From contig JBBSTR010000003.1 in assembly GCA_038235705.1 (NCBI GenBank), forward strand, positions 10,650 through 74,649: a stretch of DNA of 64,000 bases, read 5' to 3'. Source of the DNA: Mycobacteriales bacterium (GTDB taxonomy: Bacteria; Actinomycetota; Actinomycetes; Mycobacteriales; SCTD01). Both the position numbers and the translations under genes were made by a program. Every line of letters starts with the position of its first letter. Position 1 is the stretch's first letter. The notes below the pieces were generated by a model. That model was given only the letters and a program-made list of their open reading frames with translations, ran no database searches and was not told the origin of the DNA. This document shows positions 9,084-17,986 of this stretch, in pieces.

Positions 9084-9920
9084 TCAGGCGGCGAGTCGGG
9101 CGCGGGCCTTCTTCAGCTCGGGCCCGGTACGCACCCCGGAAGGGATCGCGAGCAGCGCTGCGCGCACCGCGATGCCGGACGCGGTGGCGGCCAGGTCGGT
9201 CGTCGGCAGGCCTGGCAGGAGGAACTGCCGCCGGGCCCAGCGGGGCATCATCGCGAACGCGATCGACGCCATCGACGCCCAGGCCGGCCGGGCAGGCGTG
9301 CCCCACACGACCTTGGGGGGCATGGGCGGGGCGAGCACGAAGCGCACGCCGCGCCGGGCCTCGGCGGTGGCGCGCAGGCGGGGGCGCACGTCGTCGTAGT
9401 ACGCCGTCAGCTCGGCGACCGAGCCAGGCACCGTCGACGGGTCGAGCCCGACCAGGGTCGCGCTGCGTCGCTGCTCGTCGTAGTAGGAGTCCTGCTCCGC
9501 GCGGGTGAGTCGCAGCCCGCAACGGACCGCGGTCGACAGGAACGACTCGACCTCCACGCAGTGCACCCAGCGCAACAGCTCGGGGTCACTGGCCCGGTAG
9601 GGCAGCCCGCTCTCCGGCTCGGTCCCGACCACCCGGCGGTGGACACCGCGCACCCGCGCCCCGGCGCGCTCGGCCTCGGTCGTGGTGCCGTACGTGGTGA
9701 TCGCGACGTACTCCGCCGTGCGGAACAGCCGGCCCCACGGATCGCCCCGGAAGTCGCTGTGCTGCGCCACCCCGGCCATCGCCAGCGGGTGCAGGGTCTG
9801 GAGCATCAGCGCGCGCAGCCCGGCGAGCAGCATCGACGGGTCGGCCTGGACGCGCCACGTGACGCTGTCCGGTCCGAAGAGCCCCGCGTCGGTCACGCCT
9901 CGAAGTCTCGCACCGGGCAT
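9084..9920 (-). CDS. MpaB/DUF2236 family oxygenase-like protein
   Basis: LFGPDSVTWRVQADPSMLLAGLRALMLQTLHPLAMAGV is a typical DUF2236 N-region. Start is ATG 9920 or 9932; both overlap the divergent gene start. Confidence 0.7.
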   Translation of the reverse strand: MPGARLRGVTDAGLFGPDSVTWRVQADPSMLLAGLRALMLQTLHPLAMAGVAQHSDFRGDPWGRLFRTAEYVAITTYGTTTEAERAGARVRGVHRRVVGTEPESGLPYRASDPELLRWVHCVEVESFLSTAVRCGLRLTRAEQDSYYDEQRRSATLVGLDPSTVPGSVAELTAYYDDVRPRLRATAEARRGVRFVLAPPMPPKVVWGTPARPAWASMASIAFAMMPRWARRQFLLPGLPTTDLAATASGIAVRAALLAIPSGVRTGPELKKARARLAA

Positions 9921-9930
9921 GCTGAAGGGC

Positions 9931-10266
9931 ATGTCGTACGTCGCGATCAACGTCCTGCAGGTGCCCGAGGGCGCCGGCACCACGCTCGAGCAGCGTTTCG
10001 CCGCCCGTCAGGGAGCGGTCGAGGGTGCGCCCGGGTTCGAGCACTTCGAGCTGCTCCGGCCGGTCACCGGCACCTCGGACTACCTGGTCTACACACGCTG
10101 GCGCAGCGAGGACGACTTCGCCGCCTGGCGCGACAGCCAGTCCTTTGCGCAGGGTCACGCAGGCGCGAGCGACCGCCCGGCCGGTGCCAAGCCGGCGGCG
10201 ACCGGCAGCACGATCTGGGCCTTCGAGGTCGTCCAGCGCACCGACGGCGAGGTCAGCCCGCCGTAG
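9931..10266 (+). CDS. Antibiotic-biosynthesis-monooxygenase fold protein, MhuD-like heme-degrading monooxygenase
   Basis: MSYVAINVLQVPEGAGTTLEQRFAARQGAVEGAPGFEHFELLRPV closely resembles my recollection of the mycobacterial MhuD N-terminus. Alternative ATG at 9919. Confidence 0.75.
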   Translation: MSYVAINVLQVPEGAGTTLEQRFAARQGAVEGAPGFEHFELLRPVTGTSDYLVYTRWRSEDDFAAWRDSQSFAQGHAGASDRPAGAKPAATGSTIWAFEVVQRTDGEVSPP

Positions 10267-11104
10267 CCGACCAGAAGTCGAGCAGCGCCCGGGCGGTCGT
10301 CAGGGGCTGCTCGGCGGCGGGACTGTGCCGGGCGTCCGCGACCACGGCGTACGAGGCGTCGAGCCGGTCGGCCATGGCCTGCTGGACGTCCGGCGGCCAG
10401 GCGTCGTCGTGGGCACCGTGCACCACCATCAGCGGCAGGGCGCTGCGCGTCGACAGCGCACGCAGCTCCTCGACCCGGTCGGCGGCGGTCAACAGCTGCT
10501 CGCCCATCACCGCGAGAGCGAGCGCGCTGCCGGTCAGCATCCGATGACGCAGGAACGCCTCGACCGCCGGGGGCGGCGCGACGCGAGTGGGGTCGGCGGC
10601 GGACAGCGTGTCCTGGGCGGCGACGACGGCCGCAAGACCACCGTGCTCGAGGATCGGCCGGACCGCGTTCAAGATGTCGGCGCGCCCGCCGCCGATGGCG
10701 CCCGGGCCAGAACCCATGAGCACGAGGGAGAGCCAGGGCGAGCGGTCGGCGAGCACCGCTTCCCGGGCCACGAGCCCACCGAAGCTGTGACCGACCAGGT
10801 GCACGGGGTCGCCCAGCTCGGCGGCCACGGCCAGCAGGTCCAGGGCGAGGGCGGGGATCTCGAAGGCCCCCGGGTCCGTGTCGTCCGGGGACTCGTACTG
10901 CCCCCGCTGGTCGATGGCGACGACCCGCACCCCCGCTGCGGCCAGCGCTGGCAACATCGGCAAGAAGTCTTCTTTGCTGCCGGTCAGCCCGGGGACGAGC
11001 AGGGCGGCGCAGCGCGCGCCGTCGACGGGCAGCTCGATCGCGGCGAGACCGGCGTAGCGGGTCCGGAGAGCACCGCCGGGCAGGTCGTCGGACATCAGGC
11101 TCAT
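10253..11104 (-). CDS. Alpha/beta hydrolase
   Basis: Nucleophile elbow HLVGHSFGG. ATG 11104 shares one nt with the upstream gene's stop (TGATG). The 3' end overlaps the convergent MhuD-like gene by 14 nt. Confidence 0.8.
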   Translation of the reverse strand: MSLMSDDLPGGALRTRYAGLAAIELPVDGARCAALLVPGLTGSKEDFLPMLPALAAAGVRVVAIDQRGQYESPDDTDPGAFEIPALALDLLAVAAELGDPVHLVGHSFGGLVAREAVLADRSPWLSLVLMGSGPGAIGGGRADILNAVRPILEHGGLAAVVAAQDTLSAADPTRVAPPPAVEAFLRHRMLTGSALALAVMGEQLLTAADRVEELRALSTRSALPLMVVHGAHDDAWPPDVQQAMADRLDASYAVVADARHSPAAEQPLTTARALLDFWSATAG

Positions 11105-11604
11105 CACCTCGAGGGTAGGTGCGTCAGGTGGACGTCCCGGACCTCGCCGGCGTCGAGCGTGCAGGTCAGGTAGGTGCAGGTCGGCTGGGTCCGCCGGTCG
11201 GTCGGGGAGCCCGGGTTGAGCAGCCGCAGACCGCCGGGGGTGACGGTGTCCCAAGGGAGGTGGCTGTGGCCGAAGATCAGCAGATCGGTGTCGGGGTGCG
11301 CGAGATCGGCCCGGCGTTCACGACCAACCCGGGCGCCGGTCTCGTGGACGACGGCCAGCCGTACGCCGCCGACGGTCGCCCGGGCGACCTCGGGCAGACG
11401 CGCACGCAGCCCGGGGCCGTCGTTGTTGCCCCAGCAGGCCAGCAGCGACGGTGCACGCGCCTCCAGGCGGTCGAGCAGGTCGATCTCGACCCAGTCCCCG
11501 GCGTGGACCACGAGGTCGGCACGGTCCACCTCGTCCCAGACCTGGTCCGGGAGGTCGCGGGCGCGGCGTGGGACGTGCGTGTCGGCGAGCAGCAGCAGGT
11601 GCAC
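11104..11604 (-). CDS. Metallophosphoesterase (YfcE/MJ0936-like)
   Basis: Motifs LLADTHVP, HAGDW, WGNNDG and GHSHLPW. Start taken at GTG 11604 (VHLLLLADTH); the track ORF extends to 11742. Confidence 0.75.
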   Translation of the reverse strand: MHLLLLADTHVPRRARDLPDQVWDEVDRADLVVHAGDWVEIDLLDRLEARAPSLLACWGNNDGPGLRARLPEVARATVGGVRLAVVHETGARVGRERRADLAHPDTDLLIFGHSHLPWDTVTPGGLRLLNPGSPTDRRTQPTCTYLTCTLDAGEVRDVHLTHLPSR

Positions 11605-11657
11605 GACAGGCTCCTGCCCCGCCGGGTGCTGCTCACCGGCCAGCGACGAGCCTGGAG

Positions 11658-12098
11658 TCACAGCTCGGCGACGACCTCGCCGATCGGTCGGTGCGGCACC
11701 AGCAGGTCCGTGAGCCCCTCGACCCGGCCGCACTCGACGCAACGGCCGGCCAGTGCCACCCAGTCGACGTGGTCGTCCTCGGCGCAGGCGAGCCCGGCGA
11801 CCACCTCAGCGATCGACTGGCCGCAGCCCTGGCAGCACCACATCGCCGGCCAGGTCCACCGGTCGTGGCTGTCGAGCACACTGACGCTGGTCGCGCACGA
11901 CAGGCACCGTCGTCGGGCTACGCCGACGACGGCATCTGCCTCGACGTAGGTCCAGGTCGGGCGGGTGTCGCCGTGCGCGTCGCACGCGAGCGTCACGGTC
12001 TCGGTCACGGTGAACGGGGACTCGAGGGCTCGCAGCCAACCTTTCAGGTCGTCCACGCTCTCGGCGGTGTGCGCCCCGGCCGTCGTCCTCAGCACCAT
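11658..12098 (-). CDS. Hypothetical Cys-rich protein (three CxxC pairs; possible zinc ribbon)
   Basis: 146-aa ORF starting at ATG 12098 with CLSC, CQGC and CVEC motifs. G/C third-position bias. Co-directional with the helicase. Confidence 0.6.
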   Translation of the reverse strand: MVLRTTAGAHTAESVDDLKGWLRALESPFTVTETVTLACDAHGDTRPTWTYVEADAVVGVARRRCLSCATSVSVLDSHDRWTWPAMWCCQGCGQSIAEVVAGLACAEDDHVDWVALAGRCVECGRVEGLTDLLVPHRPIGEVVAEL

Positions 12099-12140
12099 GG
12101 AGGATGCATCGGCCGGCGGACCGGGGTTCTGGAGCGCCGG

Positions 12141-13778
12141 TCAGGCGGAGGAGCCCTCGGCCGCGCTCTTGCTGCGTCCGCGGCCTCCCCGGCGTCGGCG
12201 ACGACGCGCGCCGTCGCCGTCGGGAGCGCTCGCCTCGGAGGCTCCGTCCCCGGCTGCGCGGGCTGCGCCGCCCCCACGGGTGCGCTGCCGGGGTGCACCG
12301 CTGCGCTTGGGCAGCTCGGGCCCGCTGTCGTCGGTCGCACCGGCCGGGTGACCGCCGCGGTCACGGTCGCTGCCACGGTCGCTGCGTGAGGTGGCCGGTG
12401 CACGGTTGCGCCGGCCGGTCTCGCCGACGTCCTCGAGCTTCTCGGCCTCCAGGCCCTCCCGGGTGCGCGACGCCCGGGGCAGTCGGCCGGTGGTGCCTTC
12501 CGGGATGTCGAGGTCGCTGTAGAGGTGCGGGCTGCTGCTGTAGGTCTCCGGCACGTCCTGGAACGGCAGATCGAGCGCCTTGTTGATCAGGCCCCACTTG
12601 GGGATGTCGTCCCAGTCGACGAAGGTCACCGCGACGCCCTTGGCGCCGGCCCGTCCCGTACGCCCGATGCGGTGCAGGAAGGTCCGCTCCTCGTCGGGGC
12701 ACTGGTAGTTGATGACGTGCGTGACGTCCTGCACGTCGATGCCACGCGCCGCGACGTCGGTCGCGACGAGCACGTCGATCTTGCCGCTGCGGAAGGCGCG
12801 CAGCGCCTGCTCGCGGGCGCCCTGGCCGAGGTCCCCGTGCACGGCGGCGGCCGCGAAGCCGCGGTCGGCCATGTCGGCAGCCACCTTGTCGCAGGTGCGC
12901 TTGGTGCGGCAGAAGACCATCGTCAGACCACGACCGCGGGCCTGGAGGATGCGGGCGAGCACCTCTCCTTTGTCCATCGAGTGCGCGCGGTACACGAAGA
13001 TCCGGGTGTCCGGGACCACGCGGCCCTCGTCCGGCTCCTCCGCGCGGATGTGCGTGGGCTGCCTCATGAACCGGCGGGCCAGCGTGACGACCGGACTGGG
13101 CATGGTGGCCGAGAAAAGCATCGTCTGACGCTCGTCGGGGGTGAGGTCCAGGATGCGTTCGACGTCGGGCAGGAAGCCGAGGTCGAGCATCTCGTCGGCC
13201 TCGTCGAGCACCAGCACCTCGACCTGCCCGAGGTTGAGGTGACCCTGACGGGCGAGGTCGAGCAGCCGGCCGGGGGTCCCGACGACGATCTCGACGCCGC
13301 GCTTCAGCGCCTCGACCTGCGGCTCGAACGCCCGCCCGCCGTAGATGCTCTGCACCCGCAGGCCGCGGGTCTTGCCGGCGATCGCGAGGTCACCGGTGAC
13401 CTGGGTGCACAGCTCACGGGTCGGGACCACGACGAGCGCCTGCGGGACGCCGTTGCTGCCCTCGGCGACGCTCTTGACCTTCTGGACCATCGGTACGCCG
13501 AAGCCCAGGGTCTTTCCGGTGCCGGTGCGGGCCTGACCGATCAGGTCGTGGCCGGACAGCGCGATCGGCAGGGTCATCGTCTGGATGGCGAACGGCTGGG
13601 TGATGCCGACCGCGGCGAGCGCTTCGACGGTCTCGGGCCGGGCGCCGATCGCCGCGAACCCGTTGGGCTGGTCTGCGACCGGGGTGTCGGTGGCCGGCAG
13701 CGACAGGTCGGGCTGGGCCAGGTCCGGGTGTGCCGGGTCCGTCTCGCGGTCGGGAGTGAGGGATGTGGTGCTGGACAA
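12141..13778 (-). CDS. DEAD-box ATP-dependent RNA helicase (RhlE-like) with Arg/Gly-rich C-terminal tail
   Basis: Q-motif region, Walker A ARTGTGKT, VPTREL, DEAD (LVLDEADEM), SAT and HRIGRTGRAG. Start proposed at TTG 13778, preceded by GAGAGG-N7. Confidence 0.85.
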   Translation of the reverse strand: MSSTTSLTPDRETDPAHPDLAQPDLSLPATDTPVADQPNGFAAIGARPETVEALAAVGITQPFAIQTMTLPIALSGHDLIGQARTGTGKTLGFGVPMVQKVKSVAEGSNGVPQALVVVPTRELCTQVTGDLAIAGKTRGLRVQSIYGGRAFEPQVEALKRGVEIVVGTPGRLLDLARQGHLNLGQVEVLVLDEADEMLDLGFLPDVERILDLTPDERQTMLFSATMPSPVVTLARRFMRQPTHIRAEEPDEGRVVPDTRIFVYRAHSMDKGEVLARILQARGRGLTMVFCRTKRTCDKVAADMADRGFAAAAVHGDLGQGAREQALRAFRSGKIDVLVATDVAARGIDVQDVTHVINYQCPDEERTFLHRIGRTGRAGAKGVAVTFVDWDDIPKWGLINKALDLPFQDVPETYSSSPHLYSDLDIPEGTTGRLPRASRTREGLEAEKLEDVGETGRRNRAPATSRSDRGSDRDRGGHPAGATDDSGPELPKRSGAPRQRTRGGGAARAAGDGASEASAPDGDGARRRRRRGGRGRSKSAAEGSSA

Positions 13779-13993
13779 AAGCGTGCCTCTCGAGAGCCGC
13801 GCGGGCCTGAGAGGGGCGGGAGACTGCGCCCCCGTAGAGGTGCTTGGGGGCGGTCCGCCGGCGCGCCACAGGGGCGGTCCGCGCACATGGTGCAGGGCGG
13901 CAGATGCCTCCCCGTGACCAGAACGCTACCCGCCGACGCCGCTACCGTGGCGAACCAGGCGGCGCCGCGCGGCGCGCGGGAGGACGGGCACCG

Positions 13994-14641
13994 ATGAACG
14001 GCTCTCTGGACGCGTCCACGATCGACCTGCTGTCGGTGCTCGCGTACGGCGAGCTGTCCGCCTTCGAGCGGGTCGCGAGCGACGCCCGGCTGGCCCCGAC
14101 GGTGCGCGACAAGGCCACGCTCGCCGGCATCGCGTCCGCGTCCTACGCGCACTTCGTCAGCCTGCGCGACCACCTGGCGGCGCACGGCGTCGACCCGGAG
14201 GCGGCCATGGCTCCGTTCGTGGAGGCGCTGGACCGCTTCCACGACTCGACCCAGCCCAACGACTGGTACGAGGGCCTGGTGAAGGTCTACGTCGGGGACG
14301 GCCTGGCCAAGGACTTCTACCGCGAGGTGTCGAGCGCGCTGCCGGACGCGCCTACCCGCGCCCTGGTGCTCGAGGTGCTGGCCGACACGACGCACGCGAC
14401 CTACGCGGTCGCGCGGGTCACGGCGGCCATCGCCGAGCAGCCGCGCCTGGGCGGTCGCCTCGCCCTCTGGGGCAGGCGCCTGGTCGGTGAGGCGATCATC
14501 GAGGCGCAGCGCGTCGCGGTCGAACGGGATGCGCTGACCGAGCTGCTCGTCGACCAGGACCTCGCCGGGGTGCTCGGGCTGTTGAACCGCCTGACGGACG
14601 CCCATACGGAGCGGATGGCGGCGCTCGGCCTCGAGAGCTGA
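13994..14641 (+). CDS. Ferritin-like fold protein (conserved actinobacterial)
   Basis: ATG 13994 is preceded by AGGACGGG. The sequence MNGSLDASTIDLLSVLAYGELSAFERV... looks helical and ferritin-like. The track ORF starts at 13844. Confidence 0.6.
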   Translation: MNGSLDASTIDLLSVLAYGELSAFERVASDARLAPTVRDKATLAGIASASYAHFVSLRDHLAAHGVDPEAAMAPFVEALDRFHDSTQPNDWYEGLVKVYVGDGLAKDFYREVSSALPDAPTRALVLEVLADTTHATYAVARVTAAIAEQPRLGGRLALWGRRLVGEAIIEAQRVAVERDALTELLVDQDLAGVLGLLNRLTDAHTERMAALGLES

Positions 14642-14674
14642 TCCGGACGTGGCAGCAGCCGGTCAGGAGAGCAG

Positions 14675-14710
14675 CAAGGCCGCCCTCCCGGACAGGAAGG
14701 CGGCCTTGTT
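14675..14710. terminator. Stem-loop between convergent genes (candidate bidirectional terminator)
   Basis: CAAGGCCGCC (14675-14684) pairs with GGCGGCCTTG (14699-14708), giving a 10-bp stem followed by TTG. Confidence 0.5.
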
Positions 14711-14724
14711 GCGGGAAGCGTGGT

Positions 14725-14991
14725 CTAGCGGGCGACCTTCTTGCGGCCGGTGACCGCGTTGTAGACCAGCAGAGCGACGATCGCGCCGATGATGGAGCCG
14801 ATCAGGCCGGTGGTCGAGAAGTCGAGGATCTTCGAGTCGGTGAACAGGCTGAAGATGAAGCCACCGACGAACGAACCGACGATCCCGAGGACGATCGTCG
14901 CGATGATGCCCATGGAGTCGTCGCCGGGGACGAGCGCCCGGGCGACGAAGCCGGCGATCAGCCCGACGATCAAAAAGATGATGATGCTCAT
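14725..14991 (-). CDS. GlsB/YeaQ/YmgE family (transglycosylase-associated) stress membrane protein
   Basis: MSIIIFLIVGLIAGFVARALVPG... is a typical family sequence. AGGAGG SD lies upstream of ATG 14991. Confidence 0.85.
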   Translation of the reverse strand: MSIIIFLIVGLIAGFVARALVPGDDSMGIIATIVLGIVGSFVGGFIFSLFTDSKILDFSTTGLIGSIIGAIVALLVYNAVTGRKKVAR

Positions 14992-15078
14992 GTGTGCCTC
15001 CTGTCGACGGCCCCGGTCGGGGCTCTCTTGGCGGCGGTGTTACCCGGGGTCGCGACACATACGCCTGGTGGACAGGGG

Positions 15079-15306
15079 TTATAGCCCGCCGAAGCCGACC
15101 CGGCGCTGTTCGCTCTCGGCAATCTCGACATAGGCCAGCTTGTCGGCCGGTACGAGCACCCTGCGGCCCTTCTCGTCGGTCAGCGCCAAGACGCCCAGGT
15201 CGGCTTTCAGGGCGTCGGCGACGGCCTTCTCCACCTGCTCGGCGGTTTCCGCGCTCTCCAGCGTGAGCTCACGCGCGGCGTACTGCACGCCGATCTTGAC
15301 CTCCAC
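15079..15306 (-). CDS. DUF3107 family protein (TB9.4-like)
   Basis: (M)EVKIGVQYAARELTLESAETAEQVEKAV... with a GTG start and GGAGGA SD. In mycobacteria this gene sits next to a TetR gene. Confidence 0.8.
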   Translation of the reverse strand: MEVKIGVQYAARELTLESAETAEQVEKAVADALKADLGVLALTDEKGRRVLVPADKLAYVEIAESEQRRVGFGGL

Positions 15307-15354
15307 GGGTCCTCCAGGTCTCGTTCGTGCACGTCGGTGTCGTACGGGCCCGCC

Positions 15355-15360
15355 ACGCTA
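15355..15360 (-). promoter_or_regulatory. -10-like TAGCGT upstream of the DUF3107 gene
   Basis: Minus-strand GACTAGCGTG lies about 48 nt upstream of GTG 15306, which has its own SD. Confidence 0.3.
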
Positions 15361-15408
15361 GTCGCGGTTGCGGGACCGTAGAAGCGGATCAGCCGTGAGC
15401 GCAACCGG

Positions 15409-16152
15409 TCAGGGCTGGAGCGGTGCGCCGGAGATGCCCCGCCAGATCAGCTCCACCATGAGCTCGATCGCGCGCTCCTTGGACAGCTGCCCGGGGTGCG
15501 CACCGCCGTCGCCGGACCGCTTCGCGCTGCTGAGCCACCACCGGGCGCCGACCTCGGCCAGCCCGGTCAGTCCCACCGAGAGCAGGAGTGCCTCCTCCTC
15601 GCGGAAGCCCGTGTCGTGGGCGATGGTCCGGGCGATCGCGTCCACGCACTCCTGCGTCATGCGCTCGACCCGCGCGCGCACGACCGGGTCGCCGGTGAGG
15701 TCGCTCTCGAACACGAGCCGGAAAGCGCCCTCCCGGTCGGACCCGTCGCCGTCGACGAACTCCACGTAGGCCCGGATCGAGGCCTCTACCCGTGAACGGT
15801 TGTCGGTGGTCGAGCCCAGCGCGTCCCGCACCTTGTGGACGAGGTCGTCCGCGTGCTGGTCCAGAAGGGCGAGGTACAGCTCGTGCTTGCCCGGGAAGTG
15901 CTGGTAGAGCACGGGTTTGCTGACCCCGGCCCGGTCGGCGATGTCGTCCATCGCGGCGGCGTGGTAGCCCTGCGCGACGAAGACCTCCTGCGCGGCGCCG
16001 AGCAGCTGCTTGCGCCGCTCGGAGCGGGGGAGGCGGGTGCCGCGGGGGCTCTCGCGCCCCGACGGCTCGGGAAGAGTCCTCACCGGGCGAGCCTGCCACA
16101 ACGGCCGACACGGCCGGCTCGGACGCTCAGGCCAGGTCTGCCCAGAGGTCAC
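15409..16152 (-). CDS. TetR/AcrR family transcriptional regulator
   Basis: HTH region RKQLLGAAQEVFVAQGYHAAAMDDIADRAGVSKPVLYQHFPGK. A start at 16152 would overlap the LigD-Pol 3' end by 26 nt; GTG 16083 is an alternative. Confidence 0.8.
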   Translation of the reverse strand: MTSGQTWPERPSRPCRPLWQARPVRTLPEPSGRESPRGTRLPRSERRKQLLGAAQEVFVAQGYHAAAMDDIADRAGVSKPVLYQHFPGKHELYLALLDQHADDLVHKVRDALGSTTDNRSRVEASIRAYVEFVDGDGSDREGAFRLVFESDLTGDPVVRARVERMTQECVDAIARTIAHDTGFREEEALLLSVGLTGLAEVGARWWLSSAKRSGDGGAHPGQLSKERAIELMVELIWRGISGAPLQP

Positions 16153-16993
16153 CGTCGGCGGCGACCCGGGCCAGCACGTCCTCGGTGGTGAAGCGCAGGT
16201 CCTGCGCCGATCGGCAGGCTGCGACCTCGGCCCACGTGACGGGCGTGGACACGGTCGGCAGCGTGCGGGCCCGCAGGCTGTAGACGCTCACCGTCGTCTT
16301 CGCCGGACTGTTCTGCGACCAGTCCACGAGCACCTTGCCGGGCCGCAGCGCCTTCGTCATCCGGGACACCACCAGGCGTGGCAGGGTCTGCTCGAGGTGC
16401 TCGGCCAGAGCGCGGGCGTACCCGCTGGTGTCCGCGGTCGGGGCGCGGGCGCCGAGCTGCAGGCCCTTGCTCCCCGACGTCTTCGCGTACGCGGTGACGC
16501 CCTGGGTGTCCAGCAGCTCGCGCAACGCCAGGGCGACCTCGCAGCACTGCACGACATCGGCCGGCTCGCCCGGGTCGAGGTCGAGCACGAGCAGGTCGCT
16601 CTCGTGCGCGCCGCCGCGTGGGCCGACCCGCCACTGCGGGGTGTGCAGCTCGAGCCCGGCGAGCTGGGCGGTCCAGACCAGGCCCGGCAGGTCCTCGACC
16701 ACCCGGTAGTCGATCGTGTCGCGACCCTTGGTCGACCCGGGAGCGGGCAGGCGCACCGTACGCACCCAGGAAGGGGTGTGCGAGGGCGCGTTCTTCTCGA
16801 AGAAGCTCGGGCCCTCGACGCCGTCCGGGTAGCGCTTGACGGTCAACGGCCGGCCCGCCAGGTGCGGCAGCAGGACCGGGGCGACCCGGCTGTAGTAGTC
16901 GATCACCTGGCCCTTGGTGAACCCGCCCGGGTAGAGCGGCTTCTCGAGGTTGGTGAGGCTGAGCTCTCGCCCGTCGACGGTGACGGTCACCAC
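16127..16993 (-). CDS. ligD: NHEJ polymerase/primase (LigD Pol domain) as a stand-alone gene
   Basis: VTVTVDGRELSLTNLEKPLYP...VKRYPDGVEGPSFFEKN is the LigD-Pol signature. The GTG start overlaps the ligase stop (GTGGTGA at 16987-16993). The track ORF (to 17320) over-extends. Confidence 0.8.
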   Translation of the reverse strand: MVTVTVDGRELSLTNLEKPLYPGGFTKGQVIDYYSRVAPVLLPHLAGRPLTVKRYPDGVEGPSFFEKNAPSHTPSWVRTVRLPAPGSTKGRDTIDYRVVEDLPGLVWTAQLAGLELHTPQWRVGPRGGAHESDLLVLDLDPGEPADVVQCCEVALALRELLDTQGVTAYAKTSGSKGLQLGARAPTADTSGYARALAEHLEQTLPRLVVSRMTKALRPGKVLVDWSQNSPAKTTVSVYSLRARTLPTVSTPVTWAEVAACRSAQDLRFTTEDVLARVAADGDLWADLA

Positions 16994-17919
16994 GAGCGCA
17001 CCGCCTGCTCGGGCGTGACGTCGTCCCGGAGCCCCTTGAACGCGGGGTGCCGCAGCCGACCGTCCCGGGTGACGGCCGAGTGCTCGACGTCGGCGACCAG
17101 CCGCGGCTGCACCCAGTGGGTCACGCTCAGGAGGTCGTGCGGGACGGCGCAGACCGGCTCGTCGGTGGCGAGCGGTGCGAGCAGCGCCGCGACCCGCTGT
17201 CGCGAGCGGTCGGTGAAGCCGGTGCCGACGTGGCCGCAGTAGCGGAGCCCGTCCGGACCGTTCACGGCCAGCACCAACGAGCCGAGGCGGGAGGACCGGC
17301 CCGCGTCGCCGCCCTTCCACCCGACCACGACGCAGCTCTGTCGCCGTACGTGCTTGACCTTGACCCAGCAGTCGCTCCGGGCGCCCGGAACGTAGCTGCT
17401 GTCACGGCGTTTGGCGACCACGCCCTCGAGCCCCTGCTCGGCCGTGCTCGCGAGCAGCGCAGCCCCCTCACCGAAGGCGGGTGGCACCTGGGCACCCACC
17501 AGGGCGAGCTGTGGCAGCAACGACCTCCGGTCGTCGTAGGACAGACCGAGGGTGGAGCGGTCGGCGGCGTGCAGCACGTCGAAGACGACGAGCGCAACCG
17601 GCGTCCGCGCGAGCAGCGCCGGGTCGGGGCGTGACACGTGCATCCGCTCCTGCAGGCGACCGAAGTCGGGACGTCCCGACTCGTCGAAGGCCACCACCTC
17701 GCCGTCCAGCAGAACCGGCACGTCCGCGCGCACGCGCGACAGCTCCGGATAGACGGAAGTGATGACGTTCCCTGTGCGCGAGCGGACGTGCACGCCGTCG
17801 CCGTCGACCGCGACCATCGCACGGATGCCGTCCCACTTCAGCTCGTAGGACCACCGCCCGTCCTCCGGCGGCAGCGGCCCCGGGGTGGCGAGCATGGGCG
17901 ACAGCGACAGGGGAAGCAC
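16987..17919 (-). CDS. ligD: ATP-dependent DNA ligase (LigD ligase domain) as a stand-alone gene
   Basis: Adenylation motif I ELKWDG, preceded by SPMLATPG. Start is GTG 17919 or ATG 17895. Confidence 0.85.
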   Translation of the reverse strand: MLPLSLSPMLATPGPLPPEDGRWSYELKWDGIRAMVAVDGDGVHVRSRTGNVITSVYPELSRVRADVPVLLDGEVVAFDESGRPDFGRLQERMHVSRPDPALLARTPVALVVFDVLHAADRSTLGLSYDDRRSLLPQLALVGAQVPPAFGEGAALLASTAEQGLEGVVAKRRDSSYVPGARSDCWVKVKHVRRQSCVVVGWKGGDAGRSSRLGSLVLAVNGPDGLRYCGHVGTGFTDRSRQRVAALLAPLATDEPVCAVPHDLLSVTHWVQPRLVADVEHSAVTRDGRLRHPAFKGLRDDVTPEQAVRSW

Positions 17920-17986
17920 GCAGTGGTCCTACCCCTGCGGGGCCGGAGGCCCCATGATCAGGGGTCACGAGGAGAAGAGGTGCAGG

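Noticed and set aside
10253-10266. 14-nt convergent overlap of the MhuD-like and alpha/beta hydrolase 3' ends
   Set aside because: Short convergent overlaps are common in compact high-GC genomes. No additional structure or signal was seen.
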